Notes under the pieces: model-generated
What the model was told of the DNA's origin: nothing
Database searches by the model: none
Seen by the model: only the letters and a program-made list of their open reading frames with translations
Assembly: GCA_965216755.1 (NCBI GenBank)
Contig: CBDCGL010000011.1
Span: 2,592,001 to 2,656,000 of the forward strand
Source: Alphaproteobacteria bacterium
Lineage (GTDB): Bacteria > Pseudomonadota > Alphaproteobacteria > UBA7887
Direction: 5' to 3'
DNA: 64,000 bases
In this document: in pieces, positions 42,289 to 53,912 of the stretch
Layout: the number at the start of each line of letters is the position of its first letter
Numbering within the stretch: the stretch's first letter is position 1
Made by a program: the position numbers and the translations under genes

Positions 42289-42851
42289 GAATTGTCGGCG
42301 GCCGATGGCGCGGCCGGCAATTGCAGGTGCCGGCCGGGCGCGAGATACGGCCGACCTCAGAGCGCGCCCGCGAGGCCGTGTTCGATCGACTGGAAAACAA
42401 TCCGATCTTTGCCGACCATCGCCCCCAAGACGCCATGGTCATCGACGCCTTCGCGGGCACCGGCGCGCTCGGTCTTGAGGCGCTGTCGCGCGGGGCGCGT
42501 CAAGTCTGGTTTTTCGAAACCGATGCGCGCGCCCTAGAAGCGTTGAACGCCAACATTGAAGCACTCGCCGCCGAGGATCAGGCCATCGCGTTGCGCCGCG
42601 ATGCCTGTCGGCCCGGCGCGGCACCGACGGCGTGCGGTTTGGCCTTTCTTGACCCGCCATATGGCACCGACCTGGCGGCACCCGCTTTGGCGGCGCTTCG
42701 TGACGGCGGCTGGTTAACGCCAGGCGCCGTGGCGATTGTCGAATCGGGGCACCATATGGAACTGCCCGCACCCGATGGCTTCGAGACCATCGACACGCGT
42801 CGTTACGGTGCCGCCCAGCTCACATTTCTGCGTGTGGAGCCGAAAAGCTAG
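42285..42851 (+). CDS. rsmD: 16S rRNA m2G966 methyltransferase
   Basis: MRIVGG, RPTS...RE, DAFAGTGALGLEALSRGA, DPPY. Confidence 0.95.
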   Translation: MRIVGGRWRGRQLQVPAGREIRPTSERAREAVFDRLENNPIFADHRPQDAMVIDAFAGTGALGLEALSRGARQVWFFETDARALEALNANIEALAAEDQAIALRRDACRPGAAPTACGLAFLDPPYGTDLAAPALAALRDGGWLTPGAVAIVESGHHMELPAPDGFETIDTRRYGAAQLTFLRVEPKS

Positions 42852-42860
42852 AGCAGCGTG

Positions 42861-44669
42861 TTAGCGCCGGCCAAATAGGCGTTCGATATCGGCGCGTTTC
42901 AGCTCGACATAGGTCGGCCGACCGTGATTGCACTGTCCGGAATGGGGCGTGCGTTCCATCTCACGCAACAGGGCGTTCATTTCCGGCGCCGTGAGCGCGC
43001 GGCCAGCACGTACGCTGCCATGGCAGGCCATTGTCGCGCAGACCTCATGCAAGCGCTGTTTTAGTCCCAGCGCTTGCTCTATCTCGGCCACTTCGTCGGC
43101 CAGGTCGCGCACCAAACCGGCGACATCAACCGTGCCCAACAGCGCCGGCACTTCACGCACCAACACCGCGCCATCGCCGAAGGCCTCCAAAACCAAACCC
43201 AGCTCGGCAAGTTGCTCGGCGCGCCCAGCGAGTCCCTGCGCGGCCGCCATGTCGAGCTCGACGATTTCCGGCATCAGCAACATTTGCCGTTCAACGCCGC
43301 CCTTGTTCAGGGCGTTGACCATGCGCTCATAGACCAACCGTTCATGGGCGGCGTGCTGGTCGACGATGACCAAACTATCCTCGGTCTCGGCGACGATATA
43401 GGTGTTGTGCACTTGGCCGCGCGCCGCGCCGAGCGGATAAGACGCCTCTGGCGGCGGCGACTCGGTTGGTGGTTCGGTCAGGCGCGCCGCCGGCCCGGCA
43501 TCGGCGAGCGGCGCCTGAAACGCCGCGGCGGCATCCGCCATCGCCTGGGATGGCGGATGTGGCACCTGCCAACGGGATGGTCCGGATGTCCCCGGGGTGG
43601 AGCCTGGCGCCAGCGCCGGCCGGGCCGCGCCCAAGGCGAACTGCGCGGTCGTGCTGGCGGCGCGGAAACCGGCCGCGTCCAAAGCGTGCCGCAGGGCACC
43701 GACGATCAGGCCCCGGATCGAGCCGCTGTCGCGAAATCGCACTTCCGCCTTGGTCGGATGGACATTGACGTCAACTTCGTGCGGGTCGAGGTCCAAGTAC
43801 AAGGCCACCAAAGGATGCCGATCGCGTGCCAGCAAATCTTGATACGCGCCGCGGATCGCGCCGATGACCAGGCGATCCCGTACCGGGCGGCCATTGACAA
43901 AAAAGAACTGCTGGCGCGCATGGCCACGGTTGAAGGTCGGCAAACCAGCGTAGCCGCAAAGCCTTGCCCCATCGCGGGCCGCCTCGATCGGAACCGCATT
44001 GTCGGCGAAGTCACGGCCCATGATTGCCGCCAAACGGCTCAAGCGCGGATCGTCCAACGTCGCTTGCGCCGCGTCATAGCGGGCCAGGCGGCGTTGACCC
44101 GACACCAGGCGAAAGCCAATATCGGGCCGCGCCATCGCCAATTGATTGACCGTATCGACAATCGCTGTGGTTTCGGCGCGCGCGCTGCGCAAAAACTTCA
44201 AACGTGCCGGCGTGGCGTAGAACAAATCACGCACCTCGACCCGCGTGCCTTTTTGTCGCGCCGCCGGTTGCGGATCATTTACGACGCCGCCGTCGACGAC
44301 CAGCGACCAGGCTTGGTCGGCACTGTCGGCGGCACGGCTGGTCAATGTCATCCGCGCCACCGCGCCGATCGACGGCAACGCTTCGCCACGAAAGCCGAGG
44401 GTGTGAATATCGAGCAAATCATCGCCCGTCAGTTTCGAGGTGACGTGCCGTTCAACGGCCATCGTCATGGCGGTCAGTGTCATGCCGACGCCATCGTCGG
44501 CGACCGCGACCAGGCTCTGTCCGCCCTCAGCGATCGTGATCTCGATATCGTTGGCACTGGCGTCGATGGCATTTTCAACCAGCTCCTTAACCACCGCCGC
44601 CGGCCGCTCGATAACTTCGCCGGCGGCAATGCGATTGACCAGATAATCAGGAAGCCGACGCAGAGCCAT
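42861..44669 (-). CDS. mutL: DNA mismatch repair protein MutL
   Basis: [27 protein letters not shown], endonuclease motif [17 protein letters not shown]. Confidence 0.97.
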   Translation of the reverse strand: MALRRLPDYLVNRIAAGEVIERPAAVVKELVENAIDASANDIEITIAEGGQSLVAVADDGVGMTLTAMTMAVERHVTSKLTGDDLLDIHTLGFRGEALPSIGAVARMTLTSRAADSADQAWSLVVDGGVVNDPQPAARQKGTRVEVRDLFYATPARLKFLRSARAETTAIVDTVNQLAMARPDIGFRLVSGQRRLARYDAAQATLDDPRLSRLAAIMGRDFADNAVPIEAARDGARLCGYAGLPTFNRGHARQQFFFVNGRPVRDRLVIGAIRGAYQDLLARDRHPLVALYLDLDPHEVDVNVHPTKAEVRFRDSGSIRGLIVGALRHALDAAGFRAASTTAQFALGAARPALAPGSTPGTSGPSRWQVPHPPSQAMADAAAAFQAPLADAGPAARLTEPPTESPPPEASYPLGAARGQVHNTYIVAETEDSLVIVDQHAAHERLVYERMVNALNKGGVERQMLLMPEIVELDMAAAQGLAGRAEQLAELGLVLEAFGDGAVLVREVPALLGTVDVAGLVRDLADEVAEIEQALGLKQRLHEVCATMACHGSVRAGRALTAPEMNALLREMERTPHSGQCNHGRPTYVELKRADIERLFGRR

Positions 44670-45984
44670 CAGAGGCCATGTGAGCCAAATATTCGCGCGC
44701 CAACACCTTGCCTTGCTCAACCGCCGGCTGGTTGAACGCATCGACGCCGATCAGCTGGGCGGCGATAATCGTTTCGAGCATGAAGTGCATCAGCAAGGCG
44801 CCAAGCGATTCCGGGGTCAGCGCCGACAGATGGATGCGCCGCACGGGGCGCCCGTTGCGCGCCAACGCCTCAGCGGTCGCGCGGTATTCGGCATCCAACA
44901 GATCGCCCATAGTGCGGCCGTGCAAATAGGCGAGCGCCGGATCATCGGCCAAATCATCATCGATTGGCGCGCCGGCGCCGACGCTGCCGACACCAATCAA
45001 CGTGTACATTTTGTCAGCGCGGCCGGCCAAATAGAGCTGGAGCTGACTATGTTGATCGACCGTGCCCATGGCACGAATCGGCGTCGTCGAATCGGCATTC
45101 TTGCCGATGGATTCGGCCCACAATTGGCGATACCACATGCCGAATTCAGCCAGCCGATCGCAATAGGGCATCAGTACCGTGGTAGTGATGCCGCGCTCGC
45201 GCATTAAACCCACAGACATCGCCGCCCCACGCGCCGGTTCGCAATCGCTCGGTGCCGTCGCCGCAAGCGTATGGTCGAGCACCGCTTGGGCGCCGGCCCG
45301 CACCTTGACCACATCGATGCCGGCGATCATGGCCGGCAACAAACCGACCAGCGAGAGCACCGAAAATCGGCCGCCGACCCCCGGGTCGTGATCCAGTACC
45401 GTAAATCGCCAGCGCGCCGCCATGCGCCGCAGCGGATTGTCGTTGGGCTCGGTAATAACGGTGAACCGCGGCGCGATTTGAGCGTCGCCAAGGCGCGCGC
45501 GGACCGTCGCCAGCGCAATCAAGAATTGACTGATCGTTTCGGCGGTGCCCCCAGACTTGCTGATCACCAGGAACAGTGTGCGATGAAGATCCAAGCGCGC
45601 CAACAAGCCTTCGAAACTATGCGGATCGACATTGTCGACAAAATGCATCCGGGGCATGTGCGGCCGCTCGCCCACGGTGCCAAACAGCTGGTCGTCCGAC
45701 AACGCCATGAGCGTTTTGCCGCCCAGACTGGAGCCGCCGGTCCCGAGCACGACAATATCGGACAAACGCTCGCGCGCGGTGGTTGCCAACGGCGCCAAAC
45801 GGGCCAAATCGGCACGCGCGGCCGGCAATTGCAACAGCGGTAGCGCGCCGTCTTGGTGCCACGCGCGGATCTTGTCCAGCGCCGGTCCGCAGGCACCGAG
45901 CACGGCACCAAAGGCGGCCTCTGGCAGGCCAGCGGCGCCGATCTTACCGGTCAGGCATTGGCTGATGTCTTGGCTGTAATGCAC
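44647..45984 (-). CDS. pgi: Glucose-6-phosphate isomerase
   Basis: [45 protein letters not shown]. Start is GTG 45984 or 45996. Confidence 0.93.
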   Translation of the reverse strand: MHYSQDISQCLTGKIGAAGLPEAAFGAVLGACGPALDKIRAWHQDGALPLLQLPAARADLARLAPLATTARERLSDIVVLGTGGSSLGGKTLMALSDDQLFGTVGERPHMPRMHFVDNVDPHSFEGLLARLDLHRTLFLVISKSGGTAETISQFLIALATVRARLGDAQIAPRFTVITEPNDNPLRRMAARWRFTVLDHDPGVGGRFSVLSLVGLLPAMIAGIDVVKVRAGAQAVLDHTLAATAPSDCEPARGAAMSVGLMRERGITTTVLMPYCDRLAEFGMWYRQLWAESIGKNADSTTPIRAMGTVDQHSQLQLYLAGRADKMYTLIGVGSVGAGAPIDDDLADDPALAYLHGRTMGDLLDAEYRATAEALARNGRPVRRIHLSALTPESLGALLMHFMLETIIAAQLIGVDAFNQPAVEQGKVLAREYLAHMASDGSASAS

Positions 45985-46027
45985 GATGGCGGGCACCGTA
46001 TCAAAGCCGAGCGGCCGCCGCCAAACA

Positions 46028-47389
46028 TCAATTGACGGCGCTTGCCTCAACCCCTTCAGGGTTGCCGACCACCACCACCATCAACGACTCAGGATCGACA
46101 ATGTCGCGGGCGACACGCGCGATATCCTCACGTGTGACAGCTTCCATCAAAGCATTGCGCCGTTCAATATAATCGATGCCCAGATCCTGCAGTTGCATGG
46201 TGACCAAGATATTCGCGACCTCCTGGTTGCTGTCGAGACGCAGGGGAAACGAGCCGGTCAAATAGGTCTTGGCGTCGGCCAGCTCCTTTTCCGTGACACC
46301 GTGATCGCGCAAGCGCGCCAACTCCGCGCGGACCACATCAAGCGATTCGCCGACCCTTTGGTTTTCGGTCGCCACGCTGCCAACGTGCAATGCGGTGTAG
46401 TCCAAAGGCATCAAGTAGCTGTAAATGCCATAGGCCAACCCGCGCTTCTCGCGCACTTCTTCAGTCAGGCGCGAGCCAAAACCGCCGCCGCCGAGGATAT
46501 GATTCATGACATAGGCGGTGTAAAAGTCGGGGTGATCGCGCGACAAGCCGGGCATGCCGAACACCACCACGCTTTGCGGCACGTTCATGTTTTCGACAAT
46601 GGTCCGACCTGTGTTAGCGATATGGACGGGGCCGATTTCGGTGGCTGACGCCTGCGTCGGCAGGCCGCCAAAGGTGCTATCCAGAAGCGGCCCCAGTTCG
46701 GCGGCACTGATGTCACCGGCCACGCCGATGACCAGTTTGTCGCGCGCAAACCGTTCGGCGACGAAACGTTTGAGATCCGAAACCTCGATCGCCGCCACTG
46801 TCTCTGCGGTGCCGGAGACCGGTTGGCCGTAGGGATGATCGGGAAACGCGGTCGCTGCCCACAATTTGCGCGCAACCTGATTGGGGTCGGTATCGCGCCG
46901 GGCGAGCGCGGTCAGGCTTTGACTGCGCACCCGTTCCACCGCTTCCGATTCAAAATGGGGCGCGGTCAAGGCCAAGGCCAAGAGCGCAAACGCTTCGTCG
47001 CGGTGCTCGGTCAAGGTTCTCAAACCACCGCCGAAGACATCGCGCGAAGCATTGAAAGTCATTTCGATCGCCAGTTCGTCGAGACGTTTCTGGAAGGCGA
47101 GCGAATCGTAGGGACCGGCGCCCTCGTTGAGCAGGCCGGCGACCAGTTCGGCCAAACCGGCCTTGTCTGCCGGATCGGTGCGGGCGCCGCCGCGAAACGC
47201 ATAGCTCATGGTGACAAACGGTATCGATGGCTCTTCAACCAGCCAGGCCTCGACACCGCCTGTGCTGACGACCTTTTGGACCTGCGCGGCCCACGCCTGA
47301 GCCGCCCAGAAAACAATCAACACGGCCACGAGACCGCCCATTAGACCATATCCGCGCCCCTCACGGCGCCGGGCCGTATGTCCAACCAT
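46028..47389 (-). CDS. M16B peptidase, non-catalytic subunit
   Basis: M16 fold without HxxEH; ILGGGGFGSRL.EEVREKRGLAY; signal peptide; start uncertain. Confidence 0.88.
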   Translation of the reverse strand: MVGHTARRREGRGYGLMGGLVAVLIVFWAAQAWAAQVQKVVSTGGVEAWLVEEPSIPFVTMSYAFRGGARTDPADKAGLAELVAGLLNEGAGPYDSLAFQKRLDELAIEMTFNASRDVFGGGLRTLTEHRDEAFALLALALTAPHFESEAVERVRSQSLTALARRDTDPNQVARKLWAATAFPDHPYGQPVSGTAETVAAIEVSDLKRFVAERFARDKLVIGVAGDISAAELGPLLDSTFGGLPTQASATEIGPVHIANTGRTIVENMNVPQSVVVFGMPGLSRDHPDFYTAYVMNHILGGGGFGSRLTEEVREKRGLAYGIYSYLMPLDYTALHVGSVATENQRVGESLDVVRAELARLRDHGVTEKELADAKTYLTGSFPLRLDSNQEVANILVTMQLQDLGIDYIERRNALMEAVTREDIARVARDIVDPESLMVVVVGNPEGVEASAVN

Positions 47390-47404
47390 CGGTTATAACC
47401 TCAA

Positions 47405-48778
47405 CTAGCTTGATTCGGCCGCCGGCCGCAAAACGCCGGAAACGGATTGCTCGGTCTTGAAAACGCTCTCAGCCGCGGCGATCACATCAGCTGCGGTTAC
47501 CGCTTCGACCAAGCTCGGCCACGCCTCAACATCTTCGACCGCCAGACCGGCGGTCAGCGCGACACCGAAAATGCGCGCCACGGTCGACAGATTGTCGCGC
47601 GCATAGGTAGCCTGGGCGATCATGCCGAATTTGGCGCGTTGCAACTCTTCGTCCGCGACCCCGTCGGCAACCAGACGGGCAATCTCCGCTTCAACGGCCG
47701 CCACAACGGCCTCGGTATCAACACCATTGCGCGGCAATCCATAGAGCACAAAACTGCTCTGATCGAAGGAGACACCGTTGAAATAAGACCCGGCATGGTC
47801 GGCGATCTTTTGGTCGACAACCAAGGCCTGATACAGGCGGCTGGTGGTGCCACCACCAAGAATCTGCGACAGCACTTCCATGGCCGCGATTACGGCCGGG
47901 TCGCCAGTCCGGTAACTGGGCGCCAAATAGCTGCGCGACCATTCCACCGAGGCGACACGCGGATCGGCCATTTCCACGACCCGTGCCGCACGCTGCGGCG
48001 GTTCGGTTGGTCGAGCCCGCTCGGGAATCGGCTTGGCCGCGATGGGCCCATAGATGCGTTCGGCCATGGCCCGCAATTCGTCAGCCGTGATGTCCCCAAC
48101 CACGACCAAAATGGCGTTGTTGGGCGCATAGTGCCGACTATAAAACACGCGCGAATCCTCGGCCGTGTAGGCGCGGATTTCGTGCTCCCAGCCGATCACC
48201 GGCAGACCATATGGATGCGACAGATACTGCGCGGCACTCAATTGTTCCGAGAACTGCGCGCGCGGGCGATTATCGGTCCGGCTGCGCCGTTCCTCCAGCA
48301 CCACTTGCCGTTCGGTGAGAAAATCCTCATCGCCAAAATCCAGATTGACCATGCGATCGGCTTCCATTTCCATCACCATTTCAAGCCGGTCGCGGGCGAT
48401 GTTCTGGAAATAGCCGGTATAATCCTGGGCGGTAAACGCATTGTCGTTGCCGCCATTGCGCGAAACGATCTTGGAAAACTCGCCGGCCGGCACGGTGGGC
48501 GTGCCTTTGAACATCAAATGTTCAAGCATGTGGGCGATACCCGACTTGCCCGGCGGCTCGTCGGCCGCGCCAACCCGGTACCAGACCGCGTGGTGGACCA
48601 CAGGCGCGCGATGGTTGGAAACCACCACGACCCGCATACCATTCGACAATGTGAACGTTTCGGCACCAAATGTGGCACCGGCCTCGCCGGCTTGGGCCGG
48701 TTCGGCAGCGACTTGAAAACACATCAGCGCGCCACAAACAGCGCCCATCACCAGCCGCAATTGCGAGAATTTAGCCAT
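47405..48778 (-). CDS. M16B peptidase, catalytic subunit
   Basis: GIAHMLEHLMFKGT, NAFT, EERR; signal peptide; RBS GGAGG. Confidence 0.92.
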   Translation of the reverse strand: MAKFSQLRLVMGAVCGALMCFQVAAEPAQAGEAGATFGAETFTLSNGMRVVVVSNHRAPVVHHAVWYRVGAADEPPGKSGIAHMLEHLMFKGTPTVPAGEFSKIVSRNGGNDNAFTAQDYTGYFQNIARDRLEMVMEMEADRMVNLDFGDEDFLTERQVVLEERRSRTDNRPRAQFSEQLSAAQYLSHPYGLPVIGWEHEIRAYTAEDSRVFYSRHYAPNNAILVVVGDITADELRAMAERIYGPIAAKPIPERARPTEPPQRAARVVEMADPRVASVEWSRSYLAPSYRTGDPAVIAAMEVLSQILGGGTTSRLYQALVVDQKIADHAGSYFNGVSFDQSSFVLYGLPRNGVDTEAVVAAVEAEIARLVADGVADEELQRAKFGMIAQATYARDNLSTVARIFGVALTAGLAVEDVEAWPSLVEAVTAADVIAAAESVFKTEQSVSGVLRPAAESS

Positions 48779-48960
48779 GGGTCCTCCCGGGGGGTGGTCA
48801 GGATCGGCAGGCACAGCCGTGCGTCGCTTGGGGCGTCGCCCGGCGTATAAGCATAAGTTGGGTGACGTTCAGTCGCAGAACAAGCCTAACAATGGCCGCC
48901 GCGCACCACGATCATGTTATCCGGTCTGGCGATCGTGGTTCGGCGACGGGCGAGATCACG

Positions 48961-49533
48961 CTAAAATGGATTCAAGCCTTCCAGCGGCGCGCGCTCCTTG
49001 CGCTTGATCACTGGTGTCGCACCATGCGTGGCTGGTAGCCCGGCATCGGCATTTTCCTGTAATCGCTCCGATTCGGCGACCGGGTCGACAACGGTGCCTT
49101 GTGGCACGGTGTCCTGCCAAAACATCAACCCGGTCACGAAACTCTCGTCATCAGCGGCCAACACCCCGCTTTCCTGATTGACGACGTTGCGAATGTCGGG
49201 CTCGACCGCATCGGCGCCGGCGCGCCGCAGCATGGCCGTTTCACCATCTGATTGGCCGAACGAGTCCTGGTCGGGATCGGCGCCGGTCAGAATCCGTTCC
49301 GCCTGATCCCGCACGGCAACAGCTTGTGGCCGTTCAGCGCCCGGGCTCGGCGGCCGCAAATAATAGTCGGGCGGCAATTCCAAAGGCGCGTTCACCGCGA
49401 CTTGGTACTCATCGGGAGATTTCTTGCCGAGACCCAAGGCGCCTTTCAGCGACTTGCTGGCGCACCCACCGACCGCCAAGCCGGTGGCAATGACAAACAC
49501 ACAGACAACTTGATTTCGCATCGTTCGTATCAC
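48961..49533 (-). CDS. DUF3035 family lipoprotein
   Basis: Lipobox VGGC; PDEY.V...APL..PP.Y.LRPP.PG; usual position after lspA. Confidence 0.82.
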   Translation of the reverse strand: MIRTMRNQVVCVFVIATGLAVGGCASKSLKGALGLGKKSPDEYQVAVNAPLELPPDYYLRPPSPGAERPQAVAVRDQAERILTGADPDQDSFGQSDGETAMLRRAGADAVEPDIRNVVNQESGVLAADDESFVTGLMFWQDTVPQGTVVDPVAESERLQENADAGLPATHGATPVIKRKERAPLEGLNPF

Positions 49534-49548
49534 CCCATTGGACGACGC

Positions 49549-50052
49549 TTAACGCGGTTCTAGTGTAGTGCCCGACGGGCGTGCCAGCAACGAACCGATG
49601 ATCAACAAGCCGACGCCGATCGTAATAGCAGCATCCGCCACATTGAAGGCGGGCCAATGCCAGCCATAGGCATGAACATCGACAAAATCCACAACCGCAT
49701 GGAAACGCAGGCGGTCGATGATGTTCCCGCACGCGCCGCCGATGGTCAGCCCAAGCGCGATCGCGTTCCAGCGCTCGTCGGTTCGCCACAACCAAATCAC
49801 CAAGGCAATCGTGATCGCCAGCGCCAGACCGCTCAACAACCACGGACCGACCCAGGCTAAATTCGAAAACATGCCGAAGCTGACACCCGTGTTCCAAACC
49901 AAAACGATGTTGAGAAAGGGCGTGACTTCGATATAGGCGCCGGCGCCCGTGCCCATCGGCAAGAAATAATCCAGAACCCGCCATTTGCTGATCTGATCCG
50001 CGATCAGCACGACGAGCGCCACAAACAGCCCCAGACGCACCGGTGTGATCAT
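49549..50052 (-). CDS. lspA: Lipoprotein signal peptidase II
   Basis: DQ.SK, NTGVSFG, GN.IDR, VVDF, FNVADAAI. Confidence 0.96.
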   Translation of the reverse strand: MITPVRLGLFVALVVLIADQISKWRVLDYFLPMGTGAGAYIEVTPFLNIVLVWNTGVSFGMFSNLAWVGPWLLSGLALAITIALVIWLWRTDERWNAIALGLTIGGACGNIIDRLRFHAVVDFVDVHAYGWHWPAFNVADAAITIGVGLLIIGSLLARPSGTTLEPR

Positions 50053-52889
50053 GACGACACCGTGCTAGCCGGCGTCGGCGTCGCAGCCAACGCGGCAACT
50101 GCGTCGGCGCAGCGCGCGCACAATTCTTCGTGCTCCGCGATCTGTCCCACCGACGGCAAAAACTGCCAACAGCGGGCACACTTTTCGCCGCTCGCCGGCA
50201 GCACCAAAACCGCGACATCGTTCACGTCTGGCAGCGTAAATGCATCCGCGTCGGGCGGATCGGTCGACAACACGGCACCTGAAGTGATAGCAAGTTCAGC
50301 CAAGGCAGCGCCGTCCGTTAGCTCCAAATCCGCGCTGCTTAGCCATACCTTGACGGTCGCTTGCAGGCTTGAACCGATGCGTTTGTCGCGGCGGGCGATT
50401 TCCAGCGCACCGGTCACAACCCGGCGAATCGCGCGTAATCGCTGCCAGCGCGCCGCCAAGGGGTCGTCGCGCCACACCGCCGGGACCGTTGGAAATTGGC
50501 GCAGATGGATGCTGTCGTCATCGGATGGGAAGCGACATAGCCACGCCTCTTCGGCGGTGAAGCAAAGGACCGGCGCCAGCCACGCGGTCAAGCATGAAAA
50601 CAGCTCGTCGAGTACCGTGCGCGCGGCACGCCGGCGCACGCTATCGAACCGATCACAATAGAGCGAGTCTTTGCGCACATCGAAATAGAACGCCGAGAGC
50701 TCGGCCCCGCAGAAGTTCTGCAACGCATTGTAAAACGTATGGAAATCATAGTCATCGCAGGCCTTGGCGCGGAGCGCGTCAAGTTCGACCAAGCGATGCA
50801 ACACCCAGCGTTCAAGGTCCGGCATGTCGGCCGGAGCGAGCCGTTCGCGCTCTTCAAATCCGTGCAGGCTGCCGAGCAAATAACGCAGCGTGTTGCGAAT
50901 CCGGCGGTAGCTGTCAACCAGTCCCTTGATGATTTCCGGACCGATCCGCAGGTCTTCGGTGTAGTCGGTCACCGCCACCCACCAGCGCAAGATGTCGGCG
51001 CCGTGCTGCTCGATGACCTTTTGCGGCGCGACTACATTGCCAACCGACTTGGACATCTTGCGGCCTTCGCCATCGAGCACGAAGCCGTGGGTGAGCACAG
51101 CGTCATAGGGCGCTCGGCCGCGCGTGCCGCAGGATTCCAATAGCGACGAGTGAAACCAGCCGCGATGCTGGTCGGAGCCCTCCAAATACAGTGACGCCGG
51201 CCACAATTGGCTGGGATCGGGTTCCAAGACGAAAGCGTGGGTCGAGCCCGAGTCGAACCAGACATCCAAAATGTCCTGAACCTGGTGATAATCGTCGGCA
51301 TTGTGCGCGTTGCCGAGAAACACCGCCGGATCTTCGGTAAACCAGACATCGGCGCCGCCGGCCGCCACCGCGTCGGCGACTCGTTCAATCACCGCTTGAT
51401 CGCGCAGGGGCTCGCCGGTTTGTTTATGCACGAACACCGGAATCGGCACGCCCCAGGCACGCTGGCGCGAAACGCACCAATCGGGCCGCGTCTCCACCAT
51501 CGAGCGGATGCGGTTGCGCCCGGCCGCGGGAACCCAACGCGTGGCGTCGATTGCCTTGAGGGCCGTATCGCGCAGGTCGTTGGTGTCCATACTGATGAAC
51601 CATTGCGGCGTGTTGCGAAAGATGACCGGCTTCTTCGACCGCCAGGAATGGGGATAGGCGTGCTGATAGGGCTGCGACGCGAGCAAAGTGCCAAAACCGC
51701 TGAGTGTTTCGATCACCTGCGGATTGACCTTGTAGACATGTGCGCCAGCAAATAGCGGCACATGGTCGAGAAAGCGGCCGTCATCGCCGACCGTGTCCGG
51801 CACCGGCAAATCGTGGGCGCGACCCAGTTCGAAGTCATCGGCGCCGTGACCCGGCGCGATATGAACGAAGCCCGTGCCTTGCTCGACATCGACGAAGTCG
51901 CCGGGCAACAGCGGCGGCGCGATTTGATAATGATCACCGGCCAAAGGATGCGTGGTCACGGTGCCGGCGAGGGCGGTACCCTTAACCGTGTCGACCAGGC
52001 GCCACGACGCGATTCCGGCGCGCGCGGCGACCGCCTCGGCCAAAGCCGTGGCGACAATCACCCGTTCGCCGACGACAGCGTGGCTGCCTTCTTCGATGGC
52101 CTCAACTTGGTAGACACCGTAGTCGATCGCCGCGCCATAGGCGACCGCCTGGTTGCCGGGCAGGGTCCAGGGCGTCGTGGTCCAGATGATGACCGACGCG
52201 TCCTTGGCCGCGGCGCTTGGACTTTCGGCGACGCGAAAACGAACATCGATCGCCGGCGATGTGATGTCATGATATTCGACTTCGGCCTCGGCCAGCGCCG
52301 TCTTTTCGACCGGCGACCACATCACCGGCTTGGCGCCCCGATAAAGTCCGCCATTGACAAGGAACTTGCCGATCTCGCGAACAATCTGCGCTTCGGCGGA
52401 ATAGTCCATGGTTAAATAGCGGCGGTCCCAGTCGCCGATCGCGCCCAGGCGGATGAACTCGGTCATCTGCGCATCGATCCAGCGATCGGCAAACGCGCGA
52501 CATTCGCGCCGAAATTCATCGACCGGCACATCGTCTTTGTTTTTGCCGCGTTTCCGATAATCCTGCTCGATCTGCCATTCGATCGGCAGCCCGTGGCAAT
52601 CCCAGCCGGGAATGAAATGGGCGTCGCGGCCGGCCATCTGCTGCGACCGGTTGACCACATCTTTCAGGATCTTGTTGAGCGCATGACCGATATGGATCGG
52701 GCCGTTGGCATAGGGCGGGCCGTCGTGAAGGATGAATTTTTCGCGTCCGCGCGCGTCGTCGCGCATACGTTGCCACAAATCGATCCGCGCCCAGCGCTCC
52801 AAAATGTCCGGCTCGCGCTTGGGCAGACCGGCCTTCATGGGAAACGGTGTTTTGGGCAGAAAAACGGTTGATTTGTAGTCCTGGCTCAC
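50049..52889 (-). CDS. ileS: Isoleucine--tRNA ligase (type 1)
   Basis: PYANG.IHIGH, GWDCHGLP, WTTTPWT, EGSDQHRGWF, KMSKS, C-terminal CARCW...CARC. Confidence 0.98.
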   Translation of the reverse strand: MSQDYKSTVFLPKTPFPMKAGLPKREPDILERWARIDLWQRMRDDARGREKFILHDGPPYANGPIHIGHALNKILKDVVNRSQQMAGRDAHFIPGWDCHGLPIEWQIEQDYRKRGKNKDDVPVDEFRRECRAFADRWIDAQMTEFIRLGAIGDWDRRYLTMDYSAEAQIVREIGKFLVNGGLYRGAKPVMWSPVEKTALAEAEVEYHDITSPAIDVRFRVAESPSAAAKDASVIIWTTTPWTLPGNQAVAYGAAIDYGVYQVEAIEEGSHAVVGERVIVATALAEAVAARAGIASWRLVDTVKGTALAGTVTTHPLAGDHYQIAPPLLPGDFVDVEQGTGFVHIAPGHGADDFELGRAHDLPVPDTVGDDGRFLDHVPLFAGAHVYKVNPQVIETLSGFGTLLASQPYQHAYPHSWRSKKPVIFRNTPQWFISMDTNDLRDTALKAIDATRWVPAAGRNRIRSMVETRPDWCVSRQRAWGVPIPVFVHKQTGEPLRDQAVIERVADAVAAGGADVWFTEDPAVFLGNAHNADDYHQVQDILDVWFDSGSTHAFVLEPDPSQLWPASLYLEGSDQHRGWFHSSLLESCGTRGRAPYDAVLTHGFVLDGEGRKMSKSVGNVVAPQKVIEQHGADILRWWVAVTDYTEDLRIGPEIIKGLVDSYRRIRNTLRYLLGSLHGFEERERLAPADMPDLERWVLHRLVELDALRAKACDDYDFHTFYNALQNFCGAELSAFYFDVRKDSLYCDRFDSVRRRAARTVLDELFSCLTAWLAPVLCFTAEEAWLCRFPSDDDSIHLRQFPTVPAVWRDDPLAARWQRLRAIRRVVTGALEIARRDKRIGSSLQATVKVWLSSADLELTDGAALAELAITSGAVLSTDPPDADAFTLPDVNDVAVLVLPASGEKCARCWQFLPSVGQIAEHEELCARCADAVAALAATPTPASTVSS

Positions 52890-52934
52890 AATCGATCTCG
52901 CAAACTGTCGGGTGCCGGGGTCGGCTTCGAGACG

Positions 52935-53912
52935 TTATTGATTGAACGCGGTGCGTCCCGCGGCCTGGGGCGGAGTCGCACCGGTCAGCATAAAGCGGGC
53001 GTTGCGGCAATCTTCCGCCATTTGTGCCGTCAACGCGTCAACGCTGTCGAACTTTTCCTCGCGCCGGATCCAATTGACAAACGCGACTCTCAAATAGCGT
53101 CCGTACAGATCGCCGTCAAAATCGAAGATGTGCACCTCCAACACCAGGCGTTGGCCGCCAAAGGTCGGCCGTACGCCGGCGCTGGCAACGGCCGGCAGCC
53201 ATTCGGTGCCGGTACGCCCGACGATCCCGGCCCACACGGCATAAATACCGTAGGCGGGCTCCACATGCCCGTTGAAATGCAGGTTCGCGGTTGGATACCC
53301 CAAGGTGCGGCCGCGCTTGTCGCCATGGCGGACGCGCGCTTCGACCTCCCACAAATGGCCCAAAATAGCTGCCGCCAGACGCGGTTCACCGCGGCGCAAG
53401 TAACCGCGAACACGGCTGGCGGAGTAGACCTCGCCGGCATTGCCAATCGCGGCCACACGGGTGACGCCAAAGCCCAGGGCTTCGCCCGCCGCCGCCAGCA
53501 TGGCGTGATCGCCGCCGCGGCGTCGGCCAAAATGGAAATCGTGTCCAATCACGACATGACGCGGCGCCAATCCGTCGCGCAGCACATCATCGATAAAGGT
53601 CGCGGGCGATTTTTGGCTGAACGCCTTGGTGAACGGCGGTACAAACATGACATCGACGCCACATTCCATGAGCCGTCGCGCCTTGACCCGAAACGGAGTC
53701 AACCGCAGCGGCGCCGTCTCGGGCGCCAGTACCTTGGCCGGATGGGGTTCAAAGGTCATGACGCCCAGCGGCGCGCCCAACGGCCGCGCGATCTCAGCGG
53801 CTTGGCCAATGACACCGCGGTGACCCAAATGGACGCCATCAAAATTGCCGAGCGCAACCACAGCGCCGCGCAAATCGTCAGGAGTCGTCCGATAGTGGCG
53901 GACAATGCGCAT
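52935..53912 (-). CDS. ribF: Bifunctional riboflavin kinase / FAD synthetase
   Basis: GNFDGVHLGH, TFEPHP, GRTLGYPTAN, G.RPT, EVH. Confidence 0.96.
   Translation of the reverse strand: MRIVRHYRTTPDDLRGAVVALGNFDGVHLGHRGVIGQAAEIARPLGAPLGVMTFEPHPAKVLAPETAPLRLTPFRVKARRLMECGVDVMFVPPFTKAFSQKSPATFIDDVLRDGLAPRHVVIGHDFHFGRRRGGDHAMLAAAGEALGFGVTRVAAIGNAGEVYSASRVRGYLRRGEPRLAAAILGHLWEVEARVRHGDKRGRTLGYPTANLHFNGHVEPAYGIYAVWAGIVGRTGTEWLPAVASAGVRPTFGGQRLVLEVHIFDFDGDLYGRYLRVAFVNWIRREEKFDSVDALTAQMAEDCRNARFMLTGATPPQAAGRTAFNQ

Noticed and set aside
43074-44735. Long antisense ORFs, e.g. 553 aa opposite mutL; also 29593-31059, 47447-48850, 37119-38432 and 1503-2747
   Set aside because: They mirror well-supported genes and lack motifs, as expected from GC-rich codon bias.
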